Of a stretch of DNA of 64,000 nt, positions 52,535 to 62,550 are shown piece after piece; positions within the stretch are counted from its first letter, which is position 1; each line of letters begins with the position of its first letter. The DNA is from an uncultured Bacilli bacterium. Its GTDB lineage: Bacteria > Bacillota_I > Bacilli_A > RFN20 > CAG-449. The stretch lies in assembly GCA_947595215.1 (NCBI GenBank), contig CANQEO010000004.1:5493-69492 (forward strand), given 5' to 3'. Under the pieces are notes generated by a model. That model worked only from the letters and a program-made list of their open reading frames with translations, was not told the DNA's origin and did not search any database. The position numbers and the translations under genes were made by a program.

Positions 52535-54022
52535 TTAATATTTTCTTTGTTTTTTTCGCAGTAATTTTAATAAGTTTTTATTTATTAATAGATTAGTCGA
52601 CAATACAACGACAGAAGAAATAATTGTAAAAATCAAGCCATAAATTATAAAAGTAAAATAATCATTTATATCTGGTTTATAAAAATAATTGACTATAACA
52701 GCTAGAAAAAAAAGTAAGAAATTAAGAATTGCTGTCAAAGTTGTCTTATAACCTTTTCTTTTTAAAATAATTTTATCAGAAATTATGTTTACATAGATAA
52801 CCTTTATTGGAAGAGCTATTACAGTAGCCAATAAAACTCCAATTATACCAATAAATTTTACTAAAATGATAGATAATGACAGATTTATAAAAGCCTCAAG
52901 CAATGAAATATAACTCAATTTTTTAGCATATCCACCCAAGCCACATAGATTTTGACCAACATATCTACTCCAAGAAAACATTTGAACAAGACAAAATAAA
53001 ATAGGTAAACCCGGTATTAAATAATCTATATCATTAACTCCATTTGTATATAATTTAACAAAAGGTATGATTAAAAAATACGAAACTATCATTAGAATTG
53101 AAATCGAGCCACAAATGATAGAATTGAAATTATCATGAATTATCGTATATTTTTCTTTGCTTTCACTGAATGATTGACCAAGTATATGTTGCACGCTTCC
53201 AACACATGCATTTAACAACATATTTAAACTTGCAAAAACTAAATTGTAAACAGAATAAATACTTGCTGTTTCAGTAGAAATAAAAATCGATAAAATAACC
53301 ATATCTGTCGATGAAAAAATAGTCCACGCAATTTCTGTAATAATATATGAATTTCTATCTTTTAATTTTTCATTATTATCATCGGATTTAAAATTAACCC
53401 AAGCATAATGTTTTTTTGCATACAAGTTATAGATTAGTACTTTAATTAATGAAACAATAAAAAAACCAACTTGAATTAATGCAATATTAAATGAGAATAT
53501 AGCTAATAAAATTTTAACAACATAACAAAGTGTTTTAACTAATAAATCCACATTAGCCTTTACATAGTTTCTTCCATCGGCAATAAAAATACAATTCCAT
53601 TTCTCAACGAAATAAAATGATACAACACTTGTAAGTCCTTCAAACAATACATAAATTGCAATTGTCCAATAAGAAACTTTAGTTTTAAGAATAAAAGGTA
53701 ATACAAATGATAAAATAATTATCGTTAAAAGATAAAATATTGTTATTTTCTTAAAATATTTTTTCGAAATACTAAGTACTCTAGAAATATTTTCTTTATC
53801 ATCATTTTTTATATATGGATATAAGGAATTTCTTGTTGCTTGTCCGATACCAGCCTCCAATAATGCCACATAAGAAAAGATTTGAGTTATAGTACTTGTA
53901 AAGCCATTTGTGTCAGATCCATAGTTTAACAAAATAATACGTGGGATTATTAGTCCTAATATAAGAATAATTGATTGACTTATTAAACCAAAAGCAATAT
54001 TTTTAAATGCATTTTTCTTCAT
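52535..54022 (-). CDS. wzx: Wzx-type oligosaccharide flippase (MOP superfamily)
   Basis: Polytopic protein of about 495 aa with roughly 12-14 TM helices. The ATG at 54022 follows GGAGTG; the track start is 54079. Confidence 0.7.
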   Translation of the reverse strand: MKKNAFKNIAFGLISQSIILILGLIIPRIILLNYGSDTNGFTSTITQIFSYVALLEAGIGQATRNSLYPYIKNDDKENISRVLSISKKYFKKITIFYLLTIIILSFVLPFILKTKVSYWTIAIYVLFEGLTSVVSFYFVEKWNCIFIADGRNYVKANVDLLVKTLCYVVKILLAIFSFNIALIQVGFFIVSLIKVLIYNLYAKKHYAWVNFKSDDNNEKLKDRNSYIITEIAWTIFSSTDMVILSIFISTETASIYSVYNLVFASLNMLLNACVGSVQHILGQSFSESKEKYTIIHDNFNSIICGSISILMIVSYFLIIPFVKLYTNGVNDIDYLIPGLPILFCLVQMFSWSRYVGQNLCGLGGYAKKLSYISLLEAFINLSLSIILVKFIGIIGVLLATVIALPIKVIYVNIISDKIILKRKGYKTTLTAILNFLLFFLAVIVNYFYKPDINDYFTFIIYGLIFTIISSVVVLSTNLLINKNLLKLLRKKQRKY

Positions 54023-54932
54023 AATCACTCCAATTAAATCTTTGACACCATTGTTCAAGAGAAAAATATTCAACCACATCTTTTGAATAATCGATAAAAG
54101 GTTTATTCAAAAATGTAATAATTTCCTTATAGTTAAATCCATCCAAAACTAAAATATTATTCGGATTAAAGAATTTTTCATTTAATACATTCTTATTAGT
54201 AGTAATTAATTTCTTATTGAAATATATTGCTTCTTGAATTCTTAACGAATAACCAGCCTGATTAGTTTCAACATCTAATATAGCCTTACTTGAAACAATT
54301 TTTTTTAAGTATTCCTCATAAGGAATATAATTTTCTTGAGATATAGATAAATTTTTGGAAATAGCATTATCACATATAATTGTAAAATCCATTTTCAATA
54401 ACAAATTATTCATAATATTATATAAATCAAATTCATCAATTACTCTTCTTTTATACTTTCCCACAAAACAAATATCAAATTTTATATCAGTTTTTGGAAA
54501 ATCCTTTTTAAAATATGGCAAGGGATTATAAAGCAACTTGTATTTTTGACAATCAATAATGTCAAATGAGGAAATAAGAAAATTTGTTTTCTTCTTCAAT
54601 TGCTCTATTTTTTTTTCGGCTGACTTAGCAGAAGTAGAATTCATAAAGTAAAAAACCATTTTTTTTCTTAAACTTAGTTTTGATAGATATTTTAATATTT
54701 GCTTATTTTGTAAACAACTATCTAAAATAATTATTTGATCATACTTTTTTATAATTTTTAAATTGATATTGTAACAAAAACTAGGAATCGGAAGTTTGAA
54801 TTTACAACAAAATCTTTTTATAAAATAAAAAATTTTAGATTCATTAAAAATTTCAATTACTTTAAAATTTTTCAAATTAACAAAATTGAAAAAGTAATCA
54901 TCATGATTTAATTTAACAATTAATGTAGTCAT
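54003..54932 (-). CDS. Hypothetical transferase-like protein (C-terminal half resembles the GT-B / Glyco_trans_1_2, CgeB-like fold)
   Basis: Pattern DICFVGKY...R....L........Y.EYLKKIVSSKAILDV.......YSLRIQEAIYFNKKLITT, typical of a GT-B C-terminal Rossmann half. The N-terminal half is unassigned. Confidence 0.35.
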   Translation of the reverse strand: MTTLIVKLNHDDYFFNFVNLKNFKVIEIFNESKIFYFIKRFCCKFKLPIPSFCYNINLKIIKKYDQIIILDSCLQNKQILKYLSKLSLRKKMVFYFMNSTSAKSAEKKIEQLKKKTNFLISSFDIIDCQKYKLLYNPLPYFKKDFPKTDIKFDICFVGKYKRRVIDEFDLYNIMNNLLLKMDFTIICDNAISKNLSISQENYIPYEEYLKKIVSSKAILDVETNQAGYSLRIQEAIYFNKKLITTNKNVLNEKFFNPNNILVLDGFNYKEIITFLNKPFIDYSKDVVEYFSLEQWCQRFNWSDYEEKCI

Positions 54933-56184
54933 ATTTTTTTCTCCTTTTCGAAAAATTCATATTTAAATATGTAATACCAATTAGTCCAGGATAGAATAAA
55001 TCGGTTTGTGCTAAAGTAGTATTTAAGAACAAAAATATAAATAATAGTAAAAGAGAATATTTTCTATTTAAGAAATAAGGATATAGTAACCAAATAATAA
55101 CTAAAATTAGTGCAACAACACCATAAACCACACCAAAGCTTAAGATACTGGCAGCAACGTAACCAGTCCCTTTTATTAAAGCAGTAAAATTGTTATAACC
55201 AATTCCAAATGGATTTTTTATCATAGAATCTACGCACAATTCTATCATTCCAATACGATAATATCCTGTATCTATAGTTAAGTCTAATTGACCATTAGAA
55301 AATACTTTACCTATAAAATTTTCATATATTAAACTATTTTCACCTCTTATAGCAAAATCAAATACTGCAATTAATAAAATTAAAAGTAATATAAACACAA
55401 AAATATTTTTTTGCATTGACTTATACTTCCTATTAAAAATATAAAAGATGGCTAAAATTAAGAAACTAATGAATCCAGTCGTAGACTGACATGACAAAAG
55501 ACATAATAACGCTACAATTAACGTTTGGTTTCTTAAACTCTTATCTCCTATGTAATCGCTTTTAAATAACACAATATACAAAATAAAGTTTATCATTATC
55601 TGATAAACACCGGGTTCAGTATAAATTCCACAATTTCTATAAGGATGAAGATTGGCATTATACGTATATAATATAAAACCTCTACTATATTCGTATTTTT
55701 CATAACCTGCAACACCCCATTTAGCAGTTAAATATTCATGAAAAATTGACATTTGAAAAAAACTTGGAAAAATAAGTTGAATAATGAAAAAAAGTAAACT
55801 TATCCCAAAAAAGAATTTAGCACATTTTGCTAACCTCGTACAAAACATTTTTTTATTTATGTTTATTGCAGCATTACATATTAATATTCCATTCAAAAAA
55901 TCAATTGTCCCTTTTACTCCGATACCACCTACCATCAATCGACCGAAAAATGTTATTATTGTCAATATAAATAAAATTGCTAATGTATAATTATTCCTAA
56001 TCCCTTTATTCAATAAAGTAACTGCCAATAAAAAAATAAAAATCACAATTTTAACTATTGACGGAATAACCTTTGCATACAAAGAACTTCCTGGTATATA
56101 TAAAAACATTATGATGAGTAAATATTGCAAAAGCTCGGATACTTTAATTGAAGATAACTTTTCTTTTAACATCAATTTTTCCAT
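54913..56184 (-). CDS. wzy: Wzy-like polysaccharide polymerase / O-antigen ligase-like polytopic membrane protein
   Basis: 423 aa with about 10-12 TM helices and one larger loop. Adjacent to the flippase gene. Confidence 0.55.
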   Translation of the reverse strand: MEKLMLKEKLSSIKVSELLQYLLIIMFLYIPGSSLYAKVIPSIVKIVIFIFLLAVTLLNKGIRNNYTLAILFILTIITFFGRLMVGGIGVKGTIDFLNGILICNAAININKKMFCTRLAKCAKFFFGISLLFFIIQLIFPSFFQMSIFHEYLTAKWGVAGYEKYEYSRGFILYTYNANLHPYRNCGIYTEPGVYQIMINFILYIVLFKSDYIGDKSLRNQTLIVALLCLLSCQSTTGFISFLILAIFYIFNRKYKSMQKNIFVFILLLILLIAVFDFAIRGENSLIYENFIGKVFSNGQLDLTIDTGYYRIGMIELCVDSMIKNPFGIGYNNFTALIKGTGYVAASILSFGVVYGVVALILVIIWLLYPYFLNRKYSLLLLFIFLFLNTTLAQTDLFYPGLIGITYLNMNFSKRRKKYDYINC

Positions 56185-56487
56185 AGTTAGATTTATTCTT
56201 TCCTCCGATGCAATACTTTCTATTGTGAATATTCTTTTCTCTTTAAATAGAGATTATTTTTCAAATATAGATTAATCAGCTCTTTATTTATTATAAACAA
56301 CTAGCATTCAATTAAAAAGGATAAAATAATTTTTATAATAATATGAAAGAAATTATATCATAATACTTTTTTCCATATTAACTTAAAATCAACTATAAAA
56401 AACCACTTTTTTTACTTTGTAACGCTGCTCGAAACAAATTATAAAGCAACAATTGACATTTTCTTTGCTATAGTTCCTCTTAAAATA

Positions 56488-57525
56488 TTACGCATCTTTC
56501 TTTTCTTTAGGTTTGTAATTTCTTTCTAACCAATTCATATATTCTCCAGATTCGACATTTTGAATCCAATCTTGATGTTCAAGGTTCCATTTAATAGTAG
56601 CTTGAATTCCAGTATCAAAATTATGCTTCGGTTTCCAACCTAATTCGGATTCTATTTTTGTAGGATCCATCGCATATCGTAAATCATGACCCGGACGATC
56701 TTTTACGTAACTTATTAACGATTCAGGTTTACCTAGTGTTTTTAAAATCGTTTTTACAACCTCTAAATTGGTCTTTTCATTATGTCCACCAATATTATAT
56801 ATCTCTCCATTGCGACCATTTCTAACAATCAAATCAATTGCAGTACAATGATCTTCAACATATAGCCAGTCTCTAACATTGCTACCATTACCATATACTG
56901 GTAAAGGTTCATTTTTTAGGGCCTTTTGAATCATTAATGGAATTAATTTTTCAGGAAAATGATATGGTCCATAGTTATTTGAACACCTTGAAATAGTTAC
57001 TGGTAAATTATAAGTTCTATGATATGCTAAAACTAACAAGTCTGCGCTTGCTTTAGATGCGCTATATGGACTTGAAGTATGTAGAGGAGTATCTTCATGG
57101 AAAAACAAATCAGGTCTATCTAGTGGTAAATCTCCATATACTTCATCTGTAGAAACTTGATGATATCTTTTTATACCATATTTTCTACATGCATCCATTA
57201 AAACTTGAGTTCCTAAAATATTTGTCTTCAAGAAAATTTCAGGATTTTCAATTGAACGATCCACATGAGACTCAGCCGCAAAGTTAATGACATAATCAAA
57301 ATTTTCCTCTTTAAATATTTTATATATGGCTTCACGATTACAAATATTTTCATGTATAAATTTAAAATTTGGTTTATTTAAAATAGGACCTAAAGTCTCC
57401 ATATTACCAGCATATGTTAAGGCATCAATGCATACAAAAAAATCATTCGGATATTTGTCAACCATAATGTGAAGGTAATTTCCACCTATAAAACCAGCTC
57501 CACCACTTACTAAAAATTTTGCCAT
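56488..57525 (-). CDS. rfbB: dTDP-glucose 4,6-dehydratase
   Basis: GGAGFIGGN, the YSASKASAD catalytic motif, and an extended-SDR layout over 345 aa. Confidence 0.9.
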   Translation of the reverse strand: MAKFLVSGGAGFIGGNYLHIMVDKYPNDFFVCIDALTYAGNMETLGPILNKPNFKFIHENICNREAIYKIFKEENFDYVINFAAESHVDRSIENPEIFLKTNILGTQVLMDACRKYGIKRYHQVSTDEVYGDLPLDRPDLFFHEDTPLHTSSPYSASKASADLLVLAYHRTYNLPVTISRCSNNYGPYHFPEKLIPLMIQKALKNEPLPVYGNGSNVRDWLYVEDHCTAIDLIVRNGRNGEIYNIGGHNEKTNLEVVKTILKTLGKPESLISYVKDRPGHDLRYAMDPTKIESELGWKPKHNFDTGIQATIKWNLEHQDWIQNVESGEYMNWLERNYKPKEKKDA

Positions 57526-57664
57526 ATAAATCTCCTTTATATTTAAGCTATTAAAGCCATTTCGAATAATTGTATCATGTTATTTATGCATTGTCAAATT
57601 TTACAGATTAAGGTAATACCATTGCGTCAATATTTAGTCAAAGTTAAAAGTTGTATTAATGTAG

Positions 57665-58579
57665 TTATATTTTCAAATTCTTTTTTAACCAAGTAGCTGT
57701 TTTTAAAATTGATTCTTTAAAATCACTTTTTGGAGTAAAACCGGTGTCCTCTCGAAGTGCCTTTAAATTAATTAACGAATAATTTATAGCGTTCGTATCA
57801 GCATAAACGCCAAAATTCAATACTCCATTAGGATTTACAAAATCTCGAATACTTCTAAAAATTGTTCCAAACGTAGAAATGGTATCGTGACCAATATAGT
57901 ATGTTTTCTGATTTATACCTTTCTCGCCAATCGCATAGAATGCTCTTGCAACATCTTCAACGTAAATTAAATCGTATGGAGTATCATCGGGAATTAAATT
58001 TGACGGATTATTTTTTAATAGATTTTCTAATACAATATTAGGTATCATTTTAGATTTATTATTTTCGCCATAAACCATTGCAATTAATCCACAATTAAAC
58101 TCTATGTTATTTTGATATGCCAATGTTTTACAAATCATTTCTGCTGAAAGTTTACAAGTAGCATAAACATTAGTATAGCGCGGTTCAAAAGAATCTAATG
58201 ACATATAGTGACGCGTTTCTAACACATTAACAGAAGAAGCTAAGATAAACTTTTTACAACTCAAATTTTTTGCAATCATTAATGCATCACATGCATATTT
58301 ACAATTTAAAAGTTGCAATTCATAATTTTTAAATGCTTCTCCGAATACTCCATTCCAAGCTAGATGGTAAAAACAATCTAAGTTTCTCGGTAATTTATCT
58401 TTTAAAATATAGTACTCTTCAAAATAAGCTTTAATAAAGTGTAATTTATCACATTTTAAACTATTTAAACGATCTTCATCAGTACCAACCGCATACACTT
58501 CGACACCTTGTTTTAAAAGATATTCAACTAAGCGAGACCCAATAAATCCAGTTGCACCAGTTACACAAACCGCTTTCAT
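57665..58579 (-). CDS. NAD(P)-dependent extended SDR (epimerase/dehydratase family); predicted dTDP-4-keto-sugar 4-ketoreductase
   Basis: VTGATGFIGSRL and YATCK (YxxxK). Its position follows the epimerase gene in the deoxysugar operon. Confidence 0.65.
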   Translation of the reverse strand: MKAVCVTGATGFIGSRLVEYLLKQGVEVYAVGTDEDRLNSLKCDKLHFIKAYFEEYYILKDKLPRNLDCFYHLAWNGVFGEAFKNYELQLLNCKYACDALMIAKNLSCKKFILASSVNVLETRHYMSLDSFEPRYTNVYATCKLSAEMICKTLAYQNNIEFNCGLIAMVYGENNKSKMIPNIVLENLLKNNPSNLIPDDTPYDLIYVEDVARAFYAIGEKGINQKTYYIGHDTISTFGTIFRSIRDFVNPNGVLNFGVYADTNAINYSLINLKALREDTGFTPKSDFKESILKTATWLKKNLKI

Positions 58580-59146
58580 TTAATTATTTTCCTTCATGGT
58601 AAAATTGACATCGCTATCTTTTAAATAAGGAGCGGTAATATCCTTTTGTGAAACAATCGGATTATCACAACCCCAAGGAATATTAATCTCAGGATCATCC
58701 CATTTTATAGAACGATCAAGTTTAGGTTCATAGAGTCCATCAACTTTGTAAAGAACTTCACACTCATCAACCAAAGTTATAAAAGCATGACCAAAACCCG
58801 ATGGAATAAGGATTTGTTTTCTATTTTCTTTACTTAATTCGACACAAACCCACTTTTTAAAAGTAGGTGAATCTTTTCTTAAATCAACAGCATAATCCAT
58901 TACTTTTCCATTGGTGCAACGTACTAACTTTGCTTGAGGAACAGGATTGTTTTGAAAATGAATACCGCGAATAGTACCCTTTTTTATTGAATATGAATGA
59001 TTATCTTGGACAAAATCCAAATTTATCCCCAGATTTAATAACGTTCTTTTCGAATAAACTTCACTATAATATCCGCGATAATCTTCAAAATAATCCGGTT
59101 CGATAACTTTTACACCTAATCCAATTTCTGTAATTTTAGCACCCAT
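58580..59146 (-). CDS. dTDP-4-keto-6-deoxyhexose 3,5-epimerase (RmlC-like cupin)
   Basis: FEDYRGYY, RGIHFQ and GFGHAF motifs. The ATG at 59146 follows GGAGG; the track start is 59170. Confidence 0.85.
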   Translation of the reverse strand: MGAKITEIGLGVKVIEPDYFEDYRGYYSEVYSKRTLLNLGINLDFVQDNHSYSIKKGTIRGIHFQNNPVPQAKLVRCTNGKVMDYAVDLRKDSPTFKKWVCVELSKENRKQILIPSGFGHAFITLVDECEVLYKVDGLYEPKLDRSIKWDDPEINIPWGCDNPIVSQKDITAPYLKDSDVNFTMKENN

Positions 59147-59147
59147 T

Positions 59148-60170
59148 TTAAATGTCCTCCTTAAATTCATCTACTAACTTAGATTGAATAACTAAATTTT
59201 TATAATTTTCATCTCTAATTTTATCATCATAAATACATTTTATAAAGTGTTCTATTGATTTTCTAAAAGAATCGTCGGCAGGAAGTTTTACTTTATTTGT
59301 TTCATTTCCTAATGTTATTGTGACTAAAGGCTCAAAATTATCAGGAGCAGTTAATATTCTATTTGTGTAAATAGTTCCTTTTGATCCCCAAATTTCTAGT
59401 TCACATTTGTAAGAATTGTCCATTCCGAAAGATACTTGACAAATAGTTCCTTCATCATTTACTAGTGTACCACTACCATATATATCGACATCAAAATTAT
59501 CTACATAATTTAATTGATGCGTTACCAATCTAGCTGATGAACCTAATAGTCGTGTTGCTAATTTTAAGGTATAGCCACCACAATCTAATAATGCACCACC
59601 ACCTAGATTTTTATTGTATCGAAAATCATTTTTTCCTCTAAATGGAAAGCCAAAAGCAATTCTAATTAACCTTGTACTTCCGAACGATTCTTTCCTTATT
59701 TCATTTTCAATAAATTCTATTTGACTATGGAAATTAAACATATAATTTTCGTGGAGAGCTAACTTATTTTCTTTTGCAATATCGACTAATTCTGTAGTAT
59801 CTGTTAATTGTGTAGTCGATGGTTTTTCAACAAAAACATGCTTACCATTTTCTAGAGCCAATTTCGCCCATTTAAAGTGAAGCGCAGGTGGTAATGGAAT
59901 ATATACTGCATCTATTTTATCACTCTTTAATAATGATTCGTAACTATCAAATATTTCTCCACCATATGATTCTTTAAATTTTAATGCTTTATCATACTCT
60001 ATTTTTAAGATATTTAAATCATTGTTGGGAGAGGTTTTTCCAAACCATTCTTCTTCGTTTGCAGCAGCAATACCGATATATTCTATATCTTCTACTTTTT
60101 TTAGAGCGGGCATAAATCTTCTGAATGCAATTTCAGAAGGGCATAGAATTGCTAATCTTATTTTTGTCAT
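59148..60170 (-). CDS. Gfo/Idh/MocA-family oxidoreductase; predicted NDP-hexose 3-ketoreductase
   Basis: N-terminal Rossmann fold and the EKP motif (VFVEKPST). Lies immediately downstream of the 2,3-dehydratase gene, as in deoxysugar clusters. Confidence 0.7.
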   Translation of the reverse strand: MTKIRLAILCPSEIAFRRFMPALKKVEDIEYIGIAAANEEEWFGKTSPNNDLNILKIEYDKALKFKESYGGEIFDSYESLLKSDKIDAVYIPLPPALHFKWAKLALENGKHVFVEKPSTTQLTDTTELVDIAKENKLALHENYMFNFHSQIEFIENEIRKESFGSTRLIRIAFGFPFRGKNDFRYNKNLGGGALLDCGGYTLKLATRLLGSSARLVTHQLNYVDNFDVDIYGSGTLVNDEGTICQVSFGMDNSYKCELEIWGSKGTIYTNRILTAPDNFEPLVTITLGNETNKVKLPADDSFRKSIEHFIKCIYDDKIRDENYKNLVIQSKLVDEFKEDI

Positions 60171-60171
60171 A

Positions 60172-61542
60172 TTATACCTCCAATAAAGATAACAGATTTC
60201 TCAATTGAATATTTAAAGTATTATTAACTTGTTGCAATAGATTTAGTGTGCGATAATCTACCCAAAAATATCCTTCGGGCATGGAAGTAATTTCTTCTTT
60301 TGCAACTTCAATAATGATATTTCTATTTTGTTCATGATAGAATCTTCCGCCCTCTTCTGACAGCAATACATCATGAATAACATGTTTATCATCTATCAAT
60401 TTACAAAACATTTCTTCAATATTGTTTTTAACAATTTCATTTGCTTCTAATTGAACGCTAGGACCCAGTTCAATTAAATCTAAATTTCCGACCTCATGCT
60501 TAGCGTGAACTAGAAATTCTCTCTTGCCATTGTTCTTTCTAGTTATTAATCCAAACATCGCAATTCCATTAGCTTCGAACAATGGCTGCTGCCAATGTTT
60601 AACTTCTCTTCCTTCTATTGAAATATCACAAAATACAACTTTAAAATGGTAGTTGCTTAAACATGAAAATTCATTATCTGACATTTTCCAATTGGATAAT
60701 GAAAATAAAGGTACTAATTCCGTAGAAAAATTACTAAACATTTTAAAATCATTAACATAATGATAAATTGTAGAAACAATATTTTCATCATCTTCATTAA
60801 ATATTGAACGACATAACTCTTTATCGCTAAATAACTGTTCTACTTCAGCATATTTTATACCGTAAAGACTATAAGGAATGCAAGACAATACAGTTCTAGT
60901 ATCCATATTAACTAAATTATCAATTTTCATTAGTTTTTTTATCTGTCCCAATGTCATCCATTTATGTGAAGGCAAAACTTCTATATCTTCATCAACATAA
61001 ATTATAATATTTCTATTTCTCTTTTTTAGAAATCTTGCTCCTTGTTCAGATTGAATTTGATCAACAATTATTTTATAGTTTGCGGCATTAATAAAGTAAT
61101 CTAAGTATGCAGGACGATTACCTCCATGCTTTTGAGTAAAATTAGATTTAGTTGCTTGAATAGTTGGTGAAATTTGTATTTTATTTAAATTACCTGGTTC
61201 AATCTTTGCTTGCATCAAAAAATGAATAGTTCCATTAATTTCTTTACATATGATGCCTAAAAAACCAATCTCATCTTGTATGATAATTGGTTGTGAGACA
61301 ACTATTTTATCATCATTTTTAATTTTTAAACCTGTAATTGAAAAGAAACTGCTATTTTTATTAACAATTTTTCCGGTTTTATCATCATAAAACCATTGAT
61401 TGCATGCATCAAAAGAAATTTTATCTATTAGTACTTGCGTATTCTTATTCTTTTCATCAACCCAGTCTAGGATATTATCGATAGAATTAATACCTTTTAT
61501 ATTGGACCAAGAATAAACTATTTTTCTTATTATATCTCGCAT
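60172..61542 (-). CDS. NDP-hexose 2,3-dehydratase (two-domain EvaA/OleV-type)
   Basis: Duplicated domain with the signatures QAKIEPGN...SPTIQATKSNFTQKHGG...QSEQGARF in the first half and LSEEGGRFYHEQNRN in the second. Confidence 0.85.
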   Translation of the reverse strand: MRDIIRKIVYSWSNIKGINSIDNILDWVDEKNKNTQVLIDKISFDACNQWFYDDKTGKIVNKNSSFFSITGLKIKNDDKIVVSQPIIIQDEIGFLGIICKEINGTIHFLMQAKIEPGNLNKIQISPTIQATKSNFTQKHGGNRPAYLDYFINAANYKIIVDQIQSEQGARFLKKRNRNIIIYVDEDIEVLPSHKWMTLGQIKKLMKIDNLVNMDTRTVLSCIPYSLYGIKYAEVEQLFSDKELCRSIFNEDDENIVSTIYHYVNDFKMFSNFSTELVPLFSLSNWKMSDNEFSCLSNYHFKVVFCDISIEGREVKHWQQPLFEANGIAMFGLITRKNNGKREFLVHAKHEVGNLDLIELGPSVQLEANEIVKNNIEEMFCKLIDDKHVIHDVLLSEEGGRFYHEQNRNIIIEVAKEEITSMPEGYFWVDYRTLNLLQQVNNTLNIQLRNLLSLLEV

Positions 61543-61553
61543 ATTGAAACCTT

Positions 61554-62438
61554 TTAATAAATAATTTTTCCTTTTGCAACGTTAAGTAAATGCTCTCCAT
61601 ATTGGTTTTTCGCCATTGACTTTCCAATTTCTATTAATTGATCTTTGGTAATCCATCCGTTTTTGTATGCAATTTCTTCAGGACAGCACACTTTTATTCC
61701 TTGATGATCCTCTAAAATTTTAATATAGTTAGATGCATCAACCAAAGATTCATGCGTTCCAGTATCTAACCAAGAATATCCTCTTCCAAGAGTAGTAACA
61801 TGTAATTTATTTTGTTCAAGATACATATTATTCAAAGATGTAATTTCATACTCCCCTCTTTCAGAAAGCGGAACCGACTTAGCTAATTTGGTGACTCCTT
61901 TTGGATAAAAGTATAATCCTGTAACACAATAATTCGATTTAGGATTTTTTGGTTTTTCTTCAATAGAGATTGCATTATTATTCTCATCCAATTCAACAAT
62001 CCCATATCTTTCTGGGTCTTTAACAAAGTATCCATAAATAGTAGCACAATCCTCATTCGCTCTTGATACAGAATTTTTTAAATGTTTAATTAATCCTGCA
62101 CCATAGAAGATATTATCTCCTAATATCAGTGCACAAGAATCATCTCCAATAAACTCTTCTCCAATAATAAAAGCTTGTGCTAATCCATCAGGAGAAGGTT
62201 GTATTGCATACGATAAATTTATTCCAAACTTAGAACCGTCTCCTAATAATGCTTGAAAGCGAGGAGTATCCGTTGGAGTAGAAATAATTAAAATATCTTT
62301 AATGCCAGCCATCATCAAAGTACTTAATGGATAATAAATCATAGGTTTGTCGTAAACCGGTAATAATTGTTTCGAAGTAACCAGTGTTAATGGGTAAAGT
62401 CTAGTTCCAGATCCACCAGCTAATATAATTCCTTTCAT
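61554..62438 (-). CDS. rfbA: Glucose-1-phosphate thymidylyltransferase
   Basis: [18 protein letters not shown] and full-length RmlA similarity. The ATG at 62438 follows GGAGG; the track start is 62462. Confidence 0.92.
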   Translation of the reverse strand: MKGIILAGGSGTRLYPLTLVTSKQLLPVYDKPMIYYPLSTLMMAGIKDILIISTPTDTPRFQALLGDGSKFGINLSYAIQPSPDGLAQAFIIGEEFIGDDSCALILGDNIFYGAGLIKHLKNSVSRANEDCATIYGYFVKDPERYGIVELDENNNAISIEEKPKNPKSNYCVTGLYFYPKGVTKLAKSVPLSERGEYEITSLNNMYLEQNKLHVTTLGRGYSWLDTGTHESLVDASNYIKILEDHQGIKVCCPEEIAYKNGWITKDQLIEIGKSMAKNQYGEHLLNVAKGKIIY

Positions 62439-62550
62439 ATTCATTTCCTCCATTTTGTACACATAATCAATATTAATGTATCATAATTAGACTAATCTTT
62501 GTATAAAAAATAAAATAATCAACAATTCAAAGCAAATATATAGAAATATT

